DNA of 64,000 nucleotides, taken from assembly GCA_964019335.1 (NCBI GenBank), contig OZ025734.1, positions 310,001-374,000 on the forward strand, in the 5' to 3' direction. The notes beneath the pieces are model-generated. The model was not told the origin of the DNA and made no database searches. It was given only the letters and a program-made list of their open reading frames with translations. The translations under genes were made by a program, and so were the position numbers. This document shows positions 20,455-32,239 of this stretch, piece by piece (position 1 is the first letter of the stretch; each line of letters begins with the position of its first letter). The DNA is from Diplonema japonicum. Its lineage: Eukaryota; Protista; Euglenozoa: Diplonemea.

Positions 20455-20910
20455 TCACGACTTCAGATCATCCACATAAGCCTCGTGGACCCAGTGTTCG
20501 GTGTCGAAGTAAGGTGTTTGCTGTGTCCACAGCGCAGGGGGGTCCGCGTCAGGATCACGCGCAGGGGGGTAAAGGAGTGCGAGGAGCTGTTCTGGGTCAA
20601 GCGGGACATCGAGAGAAGCAGACGCAGCTGAGAGCCTGCGCTGGAACCTTAGGTAGCCCGCGAAGTCCGGTGGGCACAGGTCGCCCTCTAATACGCGATC
20701 TTCAGCAGGATCCCCCCTCTCCTCAAGCACCAGCTCCTCTTCCCGTACCTCTTTCACCTCCATATTCTCCACATTAGCCTCAAACATACTTTCTAAGCTC
20801 TTTTCTACCACTACTCCCTTCGGCAACTCGCGGCCCTTCCCTGGGGCCACCAGCGACACCCCTTCCTTGTACCCAGCATCTGTCACCATCCGTGGGTCGA
20901 TGGCTGCCAT
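20455..20910 (-). CDS. Hypothetical acidic protein (~151 aa)
   Basis: GC-rich coding-like ORF from MAAIDPRM; the upstream part of the listed ORF is homopolymer spacer. Confidence 0.65.
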   Translation of the reverse strand: MAAIDPRMVTDAGYKEGVSLVAPGKGRELPKGVVVEKSLESMFEANVENMEVKEVREEELVLEERGDPAEDRVLEGDLCPPDFAGYLRFQRRLSAASASLDVPLDPEQLLALLYPPARDPDADPPALWTQQTPYFDTEHWVHEAYVDDLKS

Positions 20911-21640
20911 CTTGTAGGGCGTGCTGTGCTGTGCTGTGCTGTAGTGAACGGGAACAAAAAAAAAAAAAAAGAGTGGAGAAGAAAAAAAAAAAATACACAT
21001 ATGGGGAAAGAGAGTGGGGGGAGGTACAACGAAATCTTTCGAAACAGGAAAAGAAAGGTGAATAAGAGGAGAAAAAGAAGGATGTACTGTAAACAAAGGA
21101 AAGAAGAAGAAGAAGAAGAGAAGGGGTTGACTGTGGTGCCCTGCACAAGCATTGTCTACTTGATTACAGGGGCGCCACCGGTGATGACTGACAAGGAGCT
21201 CAAACAGAGAACAACACATCTGACGTACTTCTTTTGTATTTCTTTGTCTCTATGTTATCCCACCACCTGGAAAGAAAAAAACATCTGCCACCAAAGCGTC
21301 CGGTTCCTTTTTTCCCTTCTCAGTTGAGGGCTTTTTTCTTTTTTTTTTTTCTTGTTTGTTTTTTGTTCTCTATTTTTTGTTTCTTTTCCCTCGCTTTTCG
21401 GTAAAGATAAAAACAAAAAAAAGAGCTCTGTAAAACGGGAAAAAGATTCTTGCTGCCGGTCACTTTCTCGAATATTTCCCTTTTTTTCTTTTTTTTTTTC
21501 TACAGTAGACAATTAAAAAACTTCTGGATTTCTTCCCCCCCCCCCTTCTCTCATGCTCGAACGAAAATGGGGGGGGGGCAAAAAAACACCCCTTTTTTTC
21601 AAATAGGGAGAGAGATACAACAGGCAAGAAAAAAAAATGC

Positions 21641-21705
<65 letters not shown>

Positions 21706-21836
21706 TACAACAATGTATATGGTCAAATATACGGGCATCTTGTGAAAAACGAAACACACATTCCCTCCCCCCCCCCAAAAAAAAAGAAATTAAACCGAAT
21801 AATTGACCATAAAAAACACCCCCCCTTTTTTTTGTC

Positions 21837-22539
21837 TCACCGCAATTTAATATTATTTGAAGAAGCAGCATGCAACGGTGTATAAGCACCAGGCCCCGGG
21901 GAATATTCAAGCCTTGACCCCGCCCTACCAGTACGGGGCATGGAGCCACCCTTTACGGTATTTCCGAAGGAGGAGAAAGAGTTATAAGACCCACTTCCGG
22001 GGGTGGCGTTGTTGGGGTTGAACACGCCGGATCGTGACGCTTTTCCAAATGTACCACCAACAGGCTTAGAGGTTCTTGAAGCAGATGGGGAAGAAGTATA
22101 ATAACCAGGTCCCGGGAGAGGGTCAGCAATCTTGTTGGCAATTCTTCTGGCTTTTCCGAAGGTACCTCTAGCGGGTGAGCTAGACAGCAGGGAAGCATCA
22201 TGGTTGTACGTCCCGGGGCCTACATGAGAGCCGGTGGCTGTTTCATCACCCGTTCCTTTTCGGCGTGTTGCTCTTCCGAAACTGATGCCCTTGTTGTCAG
22301 TTGAGTCAGGGCAGTACGCGGCCGGTCCAGGTGTGCCGTGTTGTGCGGTGTTGGATTTGGTGCTTGAAAACCGTCCTGCCTTTGGGATGGTCGCTGCACC
22401 GTAAAGTCCGGATTTATTGCCCGCCTCGTACTGCCCGGGGCCTGGGCCACTGTCATAACCCCCTCGATCGAAGCGTCTGGCGCTCGGCATTTTCGGCGCT
22501 GAGCTGTCCTGTGGTGGGATTTAAAAAAAAAAAAAAAAA

Positions 22540-22586
<47 letters not shown>

Positions 22587-22663
22587 ATTGGCGCGAAGTA
22601 TCCTACCCTTTCCTCCGTTGGGCTGTGCGCTGCTGACATCATGCTTTTTGTCGGCGAGGCCAT
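21837..22663 (-). CDS. SHIPPO-1/ODF3-like PGP-repeat protein; intron 22509-22585
   Basis: Repeated PGPG-x-Y motifs; GT...CACAG splice joins MASPTK...FAPM to DSSAPKMPS in frame. Confidence 0.8.
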
Positions 22664-23012
22664 GTTGTGTTTGTTGCTCCTTCCCACCCTCTCCACCCCT
22701 CCTTCTTTTTTTTTTTTTTTTTGATTTCTTTTTTTTTATACCTCATATGTGCCCGGGTGCGTTAGGTTAAAAAAAAGGGGGGGGGGGGGCAAAAGGAAAC
22801 GGAAGAAACAAAAGGAAAGAGGAAAAAAATTTTTTTTGATGCATGCAGACCTTTCTAGGTGGTGCATGTTGCCGTCCGGCCCCTTCATCTTTTATGCAAT
22901 TCTGAATACGTGCCGTCTGGGGCCTAACTGTAGGGACAGCAGCATGCTGCTTCATCTAGAAAGGTTAAAATTACACAACCGCGGGAAGAAAAAAAAAAAG
23001 AAAAGTAAACAC

Positions 23013-23085
23013 GCGTCTCACTATGCGGACGGCCCTGTCTTTCAGCTTGGTGCCGATAACTCAGACAGGCTGGCATTGCAGTAGC
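23013..23085 (-). ncRNA. AGA3: candidate solitary AGA-box snoRNA
   Basis: Lower stem CTA(C)TGC/GCATAG, pocket AATGCCAG/GCCGTCC, upper stem CCTGTCT/AGACAGG, and 15 nt to AGAcgc. Confidence 0.6.
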
Positions 23086-23125
23086 CTCACGTTCTTGCAT
23101 AGGCTGCGCTGGGAAGGTGGTGCGC

Positions 23126-23170
<45 letters not shown>

Positions 23171-23457
23171 CTCCGTTTCAAGAATGATGCCCTCGGGCAC
23201 GTCTTTTAAGGCTTTTGGAAATTATGCACCAAAAAGAATCTTTTTTAAACATACAGGCAAAAAAAAAGGGGGGGGGATGACGAAAAGTGCGTATTTCAGC
23301 AACACGACTGCAGGGATAGAAGTACCCGCTTGGGGAGAAGAAGAAGGAAGAGGAAGAGAAAGAAAACAACAAAAAACTATTCTTTTTTAAGGTACCAGTA
23401 TGCGTTTTTTTTTTGTTTTTTTTTTTTTGTTGCGCTCACCGGCCGTGCTGCAAAGGG

Positions 23458-23488
<31 letters not shown>

Positions 23489-23675
23489 TCCCTATTGTTT
23501 GCTTCTTCCAACGCCGGACAGTTGTTGTGTGCAGGTATCGCAGGGGGGGGATTTTTTTGTGTCCCCCCCCCCCGGAATGACAAAACAGAAAACGGAGAAA
23601 GAAAAAAAAAAGTAAAGTAGCCCTGGCTTTCGGAAGAAATAAGGGCTATCTCCCCTCCCCCCCCCCTTTTTTATA

Positions 23676-23958
23676 TTACACCCCTGAAGACGGTCGTTTT
23701 TGAGGGGATTTGTTCTGCTCCGCCAGTAGGTCTCTCAGGCACGCAAGTGCGGATTCCTCTTGCTGATCCTGTGTGTGTGCGTGCTTTATTCTTCTAATCA
23801 CAAACCACAGGGTCGATTACTCCTTGGTGCGCGTTGGCCATTAACACTATATCCAAGGAAGAGGCTTGCCGGGAGGACCTCAATGCCGTTCTTAAGGACC
23901 CTTGCATAAGAACAGGGGCCCCATCGAGAGCCTTGGCTTCTGCTTCAGCGGAACTCAT
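23676..23958 (-). CDS. Small 81-aa two-exon protein absent from the ORF track; intron 23769-23805
   Basis: MSSAEAEAK...VIDPV joins DQQEES...SSGV* through a 37-nt GTTTGT...CACAG intron. Confidence 0.6.
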
Positions 23959-23973
23959 CTGTCGTTACAAAAC

Positions 23974-24004
<31 letters not shown>

Positions 24005-24227
24005 CTTTTTCTTTTAAAAAATTCTCACTGTGATGGAAGGGTATAAAAAAAATTTTTTTTTATAAAAAAAAAAAAAAAAAAAAAATAGATAAATGTATAA
24101 TTCAAAAAAAAAATTTTTTTTTTTCTCATCTCATTCTCTCTTTTCGACAAAGTGGGGGGAAGCTAGGAGGAAAGATGATAGAAAAAAAAATGCACGAACC
24201 ACGGGGGGGGGGGGGGGGGGGGGTATT

Positions 24228-24992
24228 TCAACTGGACAGCATCATGTCGTTGGACCGCCCGTTGGTGAGGATGTAGCACCGGTCCTTTTCATTTTGAATC
24301 TCGTACTCGATAAGCTTGAGAACAGAGCTTGCAAAGTGCTTGCAATTGTCGGTGGCGACGCTGTACGGGGTGTTCAAGAAAAGGTTCATCAGCCTGGTGA
24401 CAGTCACCATAGGTATCAACACAGGTATACATATCACCTCAGTCACAAGCGGATTCACTCGCAGACGGCCTTGCTGGGTGGTGCTAAACACTCTATCAAA
24501 GGAAACGTCTTCTCGGATAACGACCCCTTGCCGGACCTTTTCAGCGCAGATAAAAACGCACCCGTGGGTGTTCGCGTATCGTTGACATTCAAAAATGAGG
24601 AAATCGTGCTTGATAATACCCCCCGTTAGGGTTATGTTGGAGGAGCACCGTTTCACCCTCACGATTCTCAGCCCTTTGTTCGGTGGCTCTTCGGCCATCC
24701 ATTGCAGGTCCGCTTTGTACATTTCCTTGGCCCTGTCCATGTTCCACTCTGCCACGTCTAGGTAGTACTTCGCTTCTGGTTCGGCAAGGCCTTCCACAGT
24801 CAAGGCCTTAACAGCTTTTTCCCTTTGTAGAACAGCTTCTTTGCATGGGATGTCTAACACCTTCCTGTTCAAAAAATCCAGGTCCTCGTATAGTAGGTTG
24901 TTGGCCTTCATGATGTCCCCCGCCGCAACACCGTACCTCAGCGAGAGCATCATCATGTTGTCACCGGGGCGGAGTTTGTGGGTTTTGAACAT
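24228..24992 (-). CDS. LysM-domain protein with C-terminal permuted papain-like (PPPDE/LRAT-like) domain
   Basis: N-terminal HKLRPGDNMMMLSLRYGV...IMKANNL...LDIP (LysM); C-terminal HDFLIFE and YSVATDNCKHFA. Confidence 0.7.
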   Translation of the reverse strand: MFKTHKLRPGDNMMMLSLRYGVAAGDIMKANNLLYEDLDFLNRKVLDIPCKEAVLQREKAVKALTVEGLAEPEAKYYLDVAEWNMDRAKEMYKADLQWMAEEPPNKGLRIVRVKRCSSNITLTGGIIKHDFLIFECQRYANTHGCVFICAEKVRQGVVIREDVSFDRVFSTTQQGRLRVNPLVTEVICIPVLIPMVTVTRLMNLFLNTPYSVATDNCKHFASSVLKLIEYEIQNEKDRCYILTNGRSNDMMLSS

Positions 24993-25128
24993 AGTCGTTC
25001 CCCCCGCCGCCGCTGCCGCCTTTTTTTTTTTTTTTTTTTTTTAATTTGTTAGCCAACATATAGGTGAGGCGACGAACAAAAAAAAAAAAAAAAAAAGGTG
25101 GGAGAGGGGGGGGGGGGAAAGAACAAAG

Positions 25129-25160
<32 letters not shown>

Positions 25161-25178
25161 TTGTTTGTTTCGTGTTTG

Positions 25179-27008
25179 TCACGATACGACAGCCGCCTCT
25201 GCACGGAGGGATGGGTCGTCCTCTTCGTCGTCGTCCAGGATGTCCATCGCATCCTCTTCCTCGTTGCTGATCGTTGTTGCGGTTTGCTCTCGTGTTATGG
25301 TGGCGGTCAGTTCAGGAAGGGACCTGGTGGGGTGCCCCCAGTTCACGAGATATGATATTATAAAAACCTGCACTCTGTGTGGTTCCTTCACCGTGTCGAA
25401 GGTTGCAGCTGCCTTTGTGACGAGCGTTTGCAACTTCGACGCTGCCGACGACACAAGCGAGGCACCGAACGTGAACACCGTCTTCTTCTCAGTGAGGGGT
25501 ATGTTGTGCTCCACACCACTTTCATCAAACAGCACAACCAGCTTTTTCAAAATTTTTGTGGAGCTGTCGCCAAGAGGCAACGCTGCAAACTTATTCTCAC
25601 CGACATCAGGAAACCGCATTAAATGGCGTCTCGCTTCCCTTTGATACACAACGTGCCCCATCGGCGGCCGTGGATTTTCACCATCTACAAGATATTCTGC
25701 AAAACCATGACTCCGTGTTCTTATAGTAAGTTCCGCCCCAGAGACCATCTCGGTGAAGGTTACAGGAGGGGGCATTTGCGGGTTTATTTCCGAAGCAGCG
25801 TCGGGCCATAATTTCGTGATTTTTCTCGCAGGGGAGTAGAAGTCTGACGACGGGGCTGCGGTTCGGTATATCCCCAGGGCCTTTCCGTTTGAAAGCATCT
25901 CGTTCATGGTTGTTCCGTGGTGGTCTGTCTCTGAGAGGACCCGTGCAGGATCATCTCTAAGAATTTGAAAGTACGGGTTTTCAAAATCGCTCACGGCACT
26001 GTACGTTTTCAGAGATTGATGTTCGACTCCGCTGCCCATTCTCGAAAACGCCTTTAGATGCGGTGACACTGTGAAATTCACCAGCCCGTTCGGGGGGTTG
26101 CAAAATGCATTATGCGACACGAGTAGGACCCCCAACGCAGCGGTGATCAGCACCCCTTCATCATAATCACACGTGTGCGCAGTAATCTTCGTGGTTTTAA
26201 CAAACTGATGGTGCGCCCATGATCGGTTCACGGAACTACCCGTATAGTAATAATAACCTACCGGGTGGAACCCGAAGGATGTGAATGTGGAAGGGATTCG
26301 ATCACAAGGGTGGAAAAATGAGTGGAGGCTGGCTGCAATGCCTTCTTTCGAAAGGAAAGTGCTCAACCGTTTCCCTGCCCAGTACGGCGCACCGAACGTG
26401 ACTGCCATCGCGACATTTTTCCACTCCGGTCGAGCCAGCAAGGTTTGGGTTAGTTTAATGCTGGCGATGCAGCCCCCTAAAGAGTGCCCTGCAAAGACAA
26501 TCTTCTTTATCGTGTTTTCGCGTAATCTTCTTTCGATCGTTTCAGTCATTTCCTCACTATTGTACCTGAGGGATCTATTGTAGAACCCACAGTGTACATT
26601 GCTACCTTCCGGGGTTTTAGGAAAAGGCCGTTTTCTCATGTGAACGTCGGATAGGAAATCGTTCAAATGTTTTGTGCCGCAAAATGCGAAGTAAAGAGTG
26701 TCAGCGTCGCTCGCCATAACCATGGGGTGGACCTTTGTTCCGGGGCCTATACAATCTATTATTTCAACAGAACCTTGGAGCTGGAACAGATCCCAGCAGC
26801 TGGCGAGTTTTTGCAGCCTTCTGAAAGCGGATTTTCTGGTGTACAAAGGGTCGATTACTTTGTAAGCGTGCTCTGAGAGGACAGCGCTGGTAGTAATCCT
26901 TCTTCTCTGGTCGGGGTCGGTCAGAAGCGCGCATTTTTCATCCACAACATTGTAGCTCTCTTCTGTTGCAGAATCAATGCCTTCCCAAGTTTCTTCTTCG
27001 TCCGACAT
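25179..27008 (-). CDS. Class 3 lipase-domain protein
   Basis: FAFCGT, VHCGF, GHSLGG, TFGAP and DRIP motifs; start taken at MSDEEE. Confidence 0.85.
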   Translation of the reverse strand: MSDEEETWEGIDSATEESYNVVDEKCALLTDPDQRRRITTSAVLSEHAYKVIDPLYTRKSAFRRLQKLASCWDLFQLQGSVEIIDCIGPGTKVHPMVMASDADTLYFAFCGTKHLNDFLSDVHMRKRPFPKTPEGSNVHCGFYNRSLRYNSEEMTETIERRLRENTIKKIVFAGHSLGGCIASIKLTQTLLARPEWKNVAMAVTFGAPYWAGKRLSTFLSKEGIAASLHSFFHPCDRIPSTFTSFGFHPVGYYYYTGSSVNRSWAHHQFVKTTKITAHTCDYDEGVLITAALGVLLVSHNAFCNPPNGLVNFTVSPHLKAFSRMGSGVEHQSLKTYSAVSDFENPYFQILRDDPARVLSETDHHGTTMNEMLSNGKALGIYRTAAPSSDFYSPARKITKLWPDAASEINPQMPPPVTFTEMVSGAELTIRTRSHGFAEYLVDGENPRPPMGHVVYQREARRHLMRFPDVGENKFAALPLGDSSTKILKKLVVLFDESGVEHNIPLTEKKTVFTFGASLVSSAASKLQTLVTKAAATFDTVKEPHRVQVFIISYLVNWGHPTRSLPELTATITREQTATTISNEEEDAMDILDDDEEDDPSLRAEAAVVS

Positions 27009-27169
27009 TATATTATTATTATTTTTTTTCACCCCCCCTTTTTTTTTGGTGTATTTTTTTTTGTTTTGTTTTTTTTTTGCGAAATGAGAAAAAAGAAATG
27101 AGGAAAAAAAAAAAAAGATTTTTTTGCAATAACAAATTTCTCTGATTTTTTTTTTTCCCTTCTTTTTTT

Positions 27170-27611
27170 TCACTCTTCCCACGATTTCTTCAACAGCCCG
27201 CTGTCAAAGGATTTTGAAAGCAAGGACAGATTGGCGATTCTGGCGTAGGCCTCGAGGCAGTTCCACACCGCTCTCGTCTCGTCTTTGCACTCTGTCTCGG
27301 GGCGGTTTTTCCAACACATATTTGTGTCCCGTACTTGCAATGGGCAGTACGCTGTACTGATGTTATTGATGTAGCTTTCAAGCATCTGGGAGGTGCGTGG
27401 ATTTTTATTTATTTTTTTTTTTTTTTTTTTTTTTAAACAATACCGAAACGCATTTTTGTGGGTCAGTTTCTTCCTTCACACATTTGGTCCACAATTTTTC
27501 CGATGCCCGGGCCTTGGATACAAACACGTTCACCCGCCTTTCTTCTTGCGCGACAAATTCACTCGAAACTTCCGACCATGGCGTTCCTCCTTGCGTGGCG
27601 TCTTCGCTCAT
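27170..27611 (-). CDS. CX9C-motif (CHCH-like) small protein; intron 27386-27443
   Basis: The spliced product has three CX9C motifs: CVKEETDPQKC, CPLQVRDTNMC, CKDETRAVWNC. Confidence 0.72.
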
Positions 27612-28078
27612 TTGTGTTTAAGTTAAAATTATTATTGTTTGTTTTATTCCTTTTTCTCCTCCCCCTCCCCCACCGCACTCCTTCTTTTTTTTTTTTTTTG
27701 TTATTTTTATTTCAAACTCCAAGAAAGAACAAAATAACAAAAGAAGAAGGAAAAAAAAAAAAGAAATATCGCACAGGAAAAAAAAAAAGAAAGAAGACAA
27801 AAAGGACAGACTTAATAGGCATAGCAAATAAATAAAAAAGGCCAGGGAGGGGTAAAAAAAAGGGGGGGGGGGGGCGCAGCTATTTACTCTTTTTTTTCTT
27901 GAATTTAACTCCTAGGTAAAACACGTGGGTCCTGGGGCAAAAAAAAAAAAATACTAATTATTCGTTGTAAGCCTATCTCTCTCTCTTTTTTTTTAAAAAT
28001 CTTTTTCCTTCTTTTTGTTACAATGAGCTTATCAGACCGGAACTATTAAAAAAAAAAAAAAAAAAATAATAACTATTT

Positions 28079-28793
28079 ATTTAGTGAAAATAAGATCGTA
28101 TGATTTTCACGCGTGGTGGTTTAACGAGTGGGTATATGACTTCACGAGCGAAGCGAGTGAAGGAACATCAACGAGTTAAACATGCCATCACAAGTGAAAA
28201 TCGGATCTATTTTCACTAAATCCGTTGTTTTATTTAACGTCAGTCAGATTTGAAAGGGTGGGGCATTACAGGTTACAAGTTACAAGTTACAAATTTTATT
28301 GGGGGTGCTTATGGTTGATATTGATTGTCAAGGCATATCCTGTGTGGTGCGGGCTGTGCGTCCATGGGTGCTGACAGGACCTCGGTCTGGACCTGTGGGG
28401 CTGCTGCCTGGGTTGCTGAGGTTGCCCCACTAGCAGCTGTCACCGCCGCTGGCTTGCCAAGCCCACCTCTCTCCCCTTCTATTGAGAGAGGCGACCAGAT
28501 CCTTGAGTGACGTAAAAAGTGAGATTCCCAGATTCGAACCGGGGTTTCCAAACAAGGGGCCTGTGTGGTAACCACTTAGGTGATTCCTTTTCCGTGTTTG
28601 CCCCCGACCCCTTGCTGTGCAGTGAAAATAGGGCAAGCGTGAATATAAAGTACTTTATATTCACTCATAAAGTAATTTTCATTTCTGCCCCTGTTTTCTT
28701 CCTAAAACAAGCCTGAAATCTGCAATGAAAATAAAGTGAAGCGTGAAATAATGTGAAATATTATATTCACTCCCACCCTTGAAAATCTGACTG
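28079..28793. mobile_element. Non-autonomous element with long hairpin and internal inverted repeats (Crypton/Helentron-like, tentative)
   Basis: Hairpin 28079-28221 centred on CGAGCGAAGCGAG. Second inverted repeat at 28241-28262 / 28772-28793. GTGAATATAA/TTATATTCAC motifs. Confidence 0.5.
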
Positions 28794-28796
28794 GAG

Positions 28797-28830
<34 letters not shown>

Positions 28831-28841
28831 CCCTCCTCCCC

Positions 28842-29072
28842 TTAACTCGGACTGTTTGGTGCGAAAATCATTTGCGTCGGTGCCTCAAAATGGAAACCCT
28901 CACTTGAGCAGCCAGTTCTGTGGGTGTTTTTCCTTCTTCCCCCCCCCATTTTTTTTTTTGGTTGCATGCTGCAAAAAAAAAAAAAAAAAAAAAAAACCAT
29001 ACTGCACAATGGGACTTCGTAGGCCGTCAGTGGAACAAAACGAAAACCCCTCAAACCCTTGCGGATTCTGCA

Positions 29073-29103
<31 letters not shown>

Positions 29104-29798
29104 CCTTTCCCCCATACCCAACAGGGCCCGTCATGATACGGAGCAGGAGACTGCGGCGACGCCAAACGAGGTATCGAGTCGTCCATTGATTCAGATGAAA
29201 CCAACGAAGGTGAGGTGCCTGGGGGAAGCTGTCGCGGCCTTGTAAGGCGGGAGGTGGTCGAGGTGGTAGGTGAAGCAAGGTTGAACCCCTTGGTAACCTC
29301 ATCGGCAACGTCGGAGGGAAAATTAGACCCGTGAAGCAAATCACAGAAACGCTTCCCTTCCTCTCGCTCATGCTGGCGAACATCGTGGTAGAAGTTAGGG
29401 CCACGCTTGGCAGCCCTGCTGGAGTCCGGCTGGTGAGGGGTGAGAGGGGGTGAAGCTAAATCACTTCCCTCCTCTGTTTGGAACAAGACTACGCTTCGTG
29501 ATGTAGAAGAAAGCGAGCCCCCCTCCCCCTCCCCCTCAGGGTGCAGGCATGTCTGCACCTCCTGCAGGTTCATCTCATCAAACATCACGAAGTCGGATAA
29601 CACGGTGAATCTCACCCTGCTGCCGCTGTGTTTCTTCTTCAGAATGCTTTTGCTCCTTGTCATCCCAGGAGGGCTGTTGCACCCCCTTGACATGTCCCTC
29701 CCCCTCGACTCCGTCGCCGTCTCCGTCACATGAAGATACCCAAACTTCTCACAAACCGTGCTCAGCGCAGCTTCTCTTTTCCGTTTTGCATTCGTCAT
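28842..29798 (-). CDS. Ser/Pro-rich hypothetical protein, 3 exons; introns 29068-29117 and 28918-29002
   Basis: Two GTATGG...CAG introns give one continuous frame ending APNSPS*. Confidence 0.7.
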
Positions 29799-29985
29799 CA
29801 CGTGTATTAAAAATGTGGAAATATTCTTTTTTTTTTTTTGTTTTTGTTATTGTTTTGTTGAGCGGGGAGGGGAAAGAGAAAAAAAAAAAAAGAAAAGAAT
29901 GGGATTACACACTTTTTCTCCCCCCCCGTTCCCACACTTTTTTTTCTTGATGGGGGGGGGTGGTGGTTTTGTTTTTTTCCTCTCT

Positions 29986-31989
29986 TTATTTCTTTGGAGA
30001 AGAAACGTGTTTTCCGATCTTGGCGAAGGCACGCTTCCGCTTCTCGAGCTTTTGCCAAGCGGCGATGCGCTCCTTGAGGTACGGGTTGTTGTAAGGGTTG
30101 CGGTATTTGATCTCCGCGTCTTCGGCGGTCCTCCACCCCTCGCCCTTGAGCTCCCACGCGGTATCTTTTTGAACCTGCACACGGTCGAGCTGTGTGGCAT
30201 CATAAGGTGTCTCGGAGGTGTCTTGGGTGCTCTTGGATGCTTCGTTCTCAGAACGCTGTGATTATTATTATTATTATTATTATTATTATTTTTTTTTTTT
30301 TTTTCATCATTCCCATACCAAGTTTGAATTGAACCTATAGAACCTGCTGTCTCTGTAAGGGTACCCTGGGAAAACGACAACCTCTTCACCCTCAGGCGGC
30401 TCCCTCTTGCTCATATGACCTGGGCCCTGTTTGTGGAAATACGTGTACTCCCAGATGGAGAACGGGTCAGGCGTCAACTTTCCGATACGCGCCTCTGCAG
30501 TGTTTGCAATCCCACGAAGGTAGTCCTCCCAGTAGTCTTGTTTTTTCTGGAGAGAAACCTGGTTAGGCGATCGAAGGTTGGGCTGAGAAACAACAGGCTG
30601 TTTTTCAGGGGGGATCTCCCCGATTTCTTCGGGTGTTTTTTCAAGCATAGTCCATTCCCGGGGACTTTCCGGGTTTGCGAGAAGCTTCTCCTTGTAGAAT
30701 CCGCTGAGGTATCCCCGGCGGTCATCGTTAGCGTAGACATCTCTGATCAGCTCCTCGGGAGGAAGCTTGCCTCTTCCAATAACAGGGAACCTCCAAGGGG
30801 TTTTTTCCTTTGCGATGCTTTCTTCATCCCTCCATCTTGTTACCACAGTGCCCCCGTTTGCCTCTACGATTTTAACTGCTTCGGGGTCGGCGTTTTCCAG
30901 TTCGATATCAATCGTCGCACCAAACCAGGTACAATTATTTCCGACAAGCTTCAGGCCAGGCCAATGGTAGTCGTCCACGAGCCTTGCCTCGATGAGAGTG
31001 TTTGGTGTGATTCTCTCGTTGGTGTTGAGCAGCCCTGTGTCGATCCACCATTGTATCATGTCTAGCCCTATTCTAGTGTAGGAATCTTCCACCACGATTT
31101 CGCCTTTTTTGGTGCCCCACCCTGTGTGACCGAGGATGGGGAGGAATTTGTAGAAAGCCCAGTGCGGGGTCTGCTGCCGTTTCGATGAGTTCTTCCCGCC
31201 AGTTCTGCGATCGTCCAGAATGTTCATGACCCACCATGGGTTCGCTCCTGACCTTGCTACCAATCTGTTCTTACCGAAGATGTTGGGGTGTCGTTGGCCT
31301 TTTCTCCACCAAGCCGTCATTCTCATCCAAGGCGGCCCGCCCTGATGAAGAAGCTTCGACTTCGTGGCGCGCTGCACTGGGTTAATGTAGCTCCCAGGGT
31401 TCTTGTATTTTAAAAACGGGTTGCCATCCTTCCCCTCTGTCTCGATCTCCTCGGGCCGTGTTGCGTATGACAAGGACTCGTCATTGTACATTGCCTTGTG
31501 CCACCACCACAGCGTGGGAATCGGGTGCTTTTCAGGGTCGTTGGAAATTGGCTCCACAATCTCTGCAATATACGGCCTGGGTTTAATGTTCCCCGGCTCC
31601 ACCGAGCTGTTGGTTTTTTTTTTTTTTTTTTTGTTTTGTTTTTTTTTTTGAACCATACTCGAATACAATGCTCAGATCCAGGACTTTCTCTGGGATGCTT
31701 TTGTGAACCTGCCCGTTAATGATGCTCAGGGGCCGGGGTTTCACGTTGATTTTCTGCATTTTCCCCATCGGTCTGGGTTCGTAGACGGGTCCTTGTTCCA
31801 TGTGTTCGCTGGCCATTGGTGTCTCTTCCTGGACTACATTGTCCTTGTTCCTTCGATACAGGATCTGTGGGGTTTAAAAAAAAAAAAAGAAATATAAAAA
31901 AAAAAGAATAATCATACCGATGAGTATGTCCCACCTTTGCCGTGGGGACCCAGTTGTGCACATCGCGTGACTGTGTTGTGCCGCAGCAT
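29986..31989 (-). CDS. Extended mitochondrial ribosomal protein uL15m-like, 4 exons; introns 31865-31917, 31607-31658, 30256-30318
   Basis: MLR- start; L15-type domain (LDMIQWWIDTGLL...ITPNTL...GLKLVG...AVKIVEANGGTV). Three GTATG...CAG introns restore one frame. Confidence 0.8.
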
Positions 31990-32239
31990 TTTCCCTTTCC
32001 CCCCCCCTCTCTTGCGGGGTGCCCGCTTCGGCCCTCCCTCTCCCTGTATGTTGGTTATGTGGTGGTTTTGAAGGACAGCAAGATGAAAAAAGAATAGTCA
32101 CGCACCATCCCCATAAGGAAAGACGCGTTGCAGTTGTTATGAACTCTTTCGAGAGAGAGAAAGGGGGGGGGGGTATATTTTATGAGAGATGGCCGTGTGC
32201 TGATGAGGGCACAGGGGGTGTGGGAGGAAGACAACGCAC

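Noticed and set aside
21133-21230. U4/U6 snRNA (CCCTGCACAAG) or a plus-strand C/D RNA
   Set aside because: No ACAGAG box, stem I or Sm site; the C/D span is only about 45 nt, on the non-coding strand, with no target.
21450-21949. Poly-K/poly-F ORFs in intergenic DNA
   Set aside because: Translations of A/T homopolymer tracts.
16528-30318. A rule that all introns are 3n in length
   Set aside because: Most others are not (37, 50, 52, 53, 55, 58, 64, 77, 85 nt).
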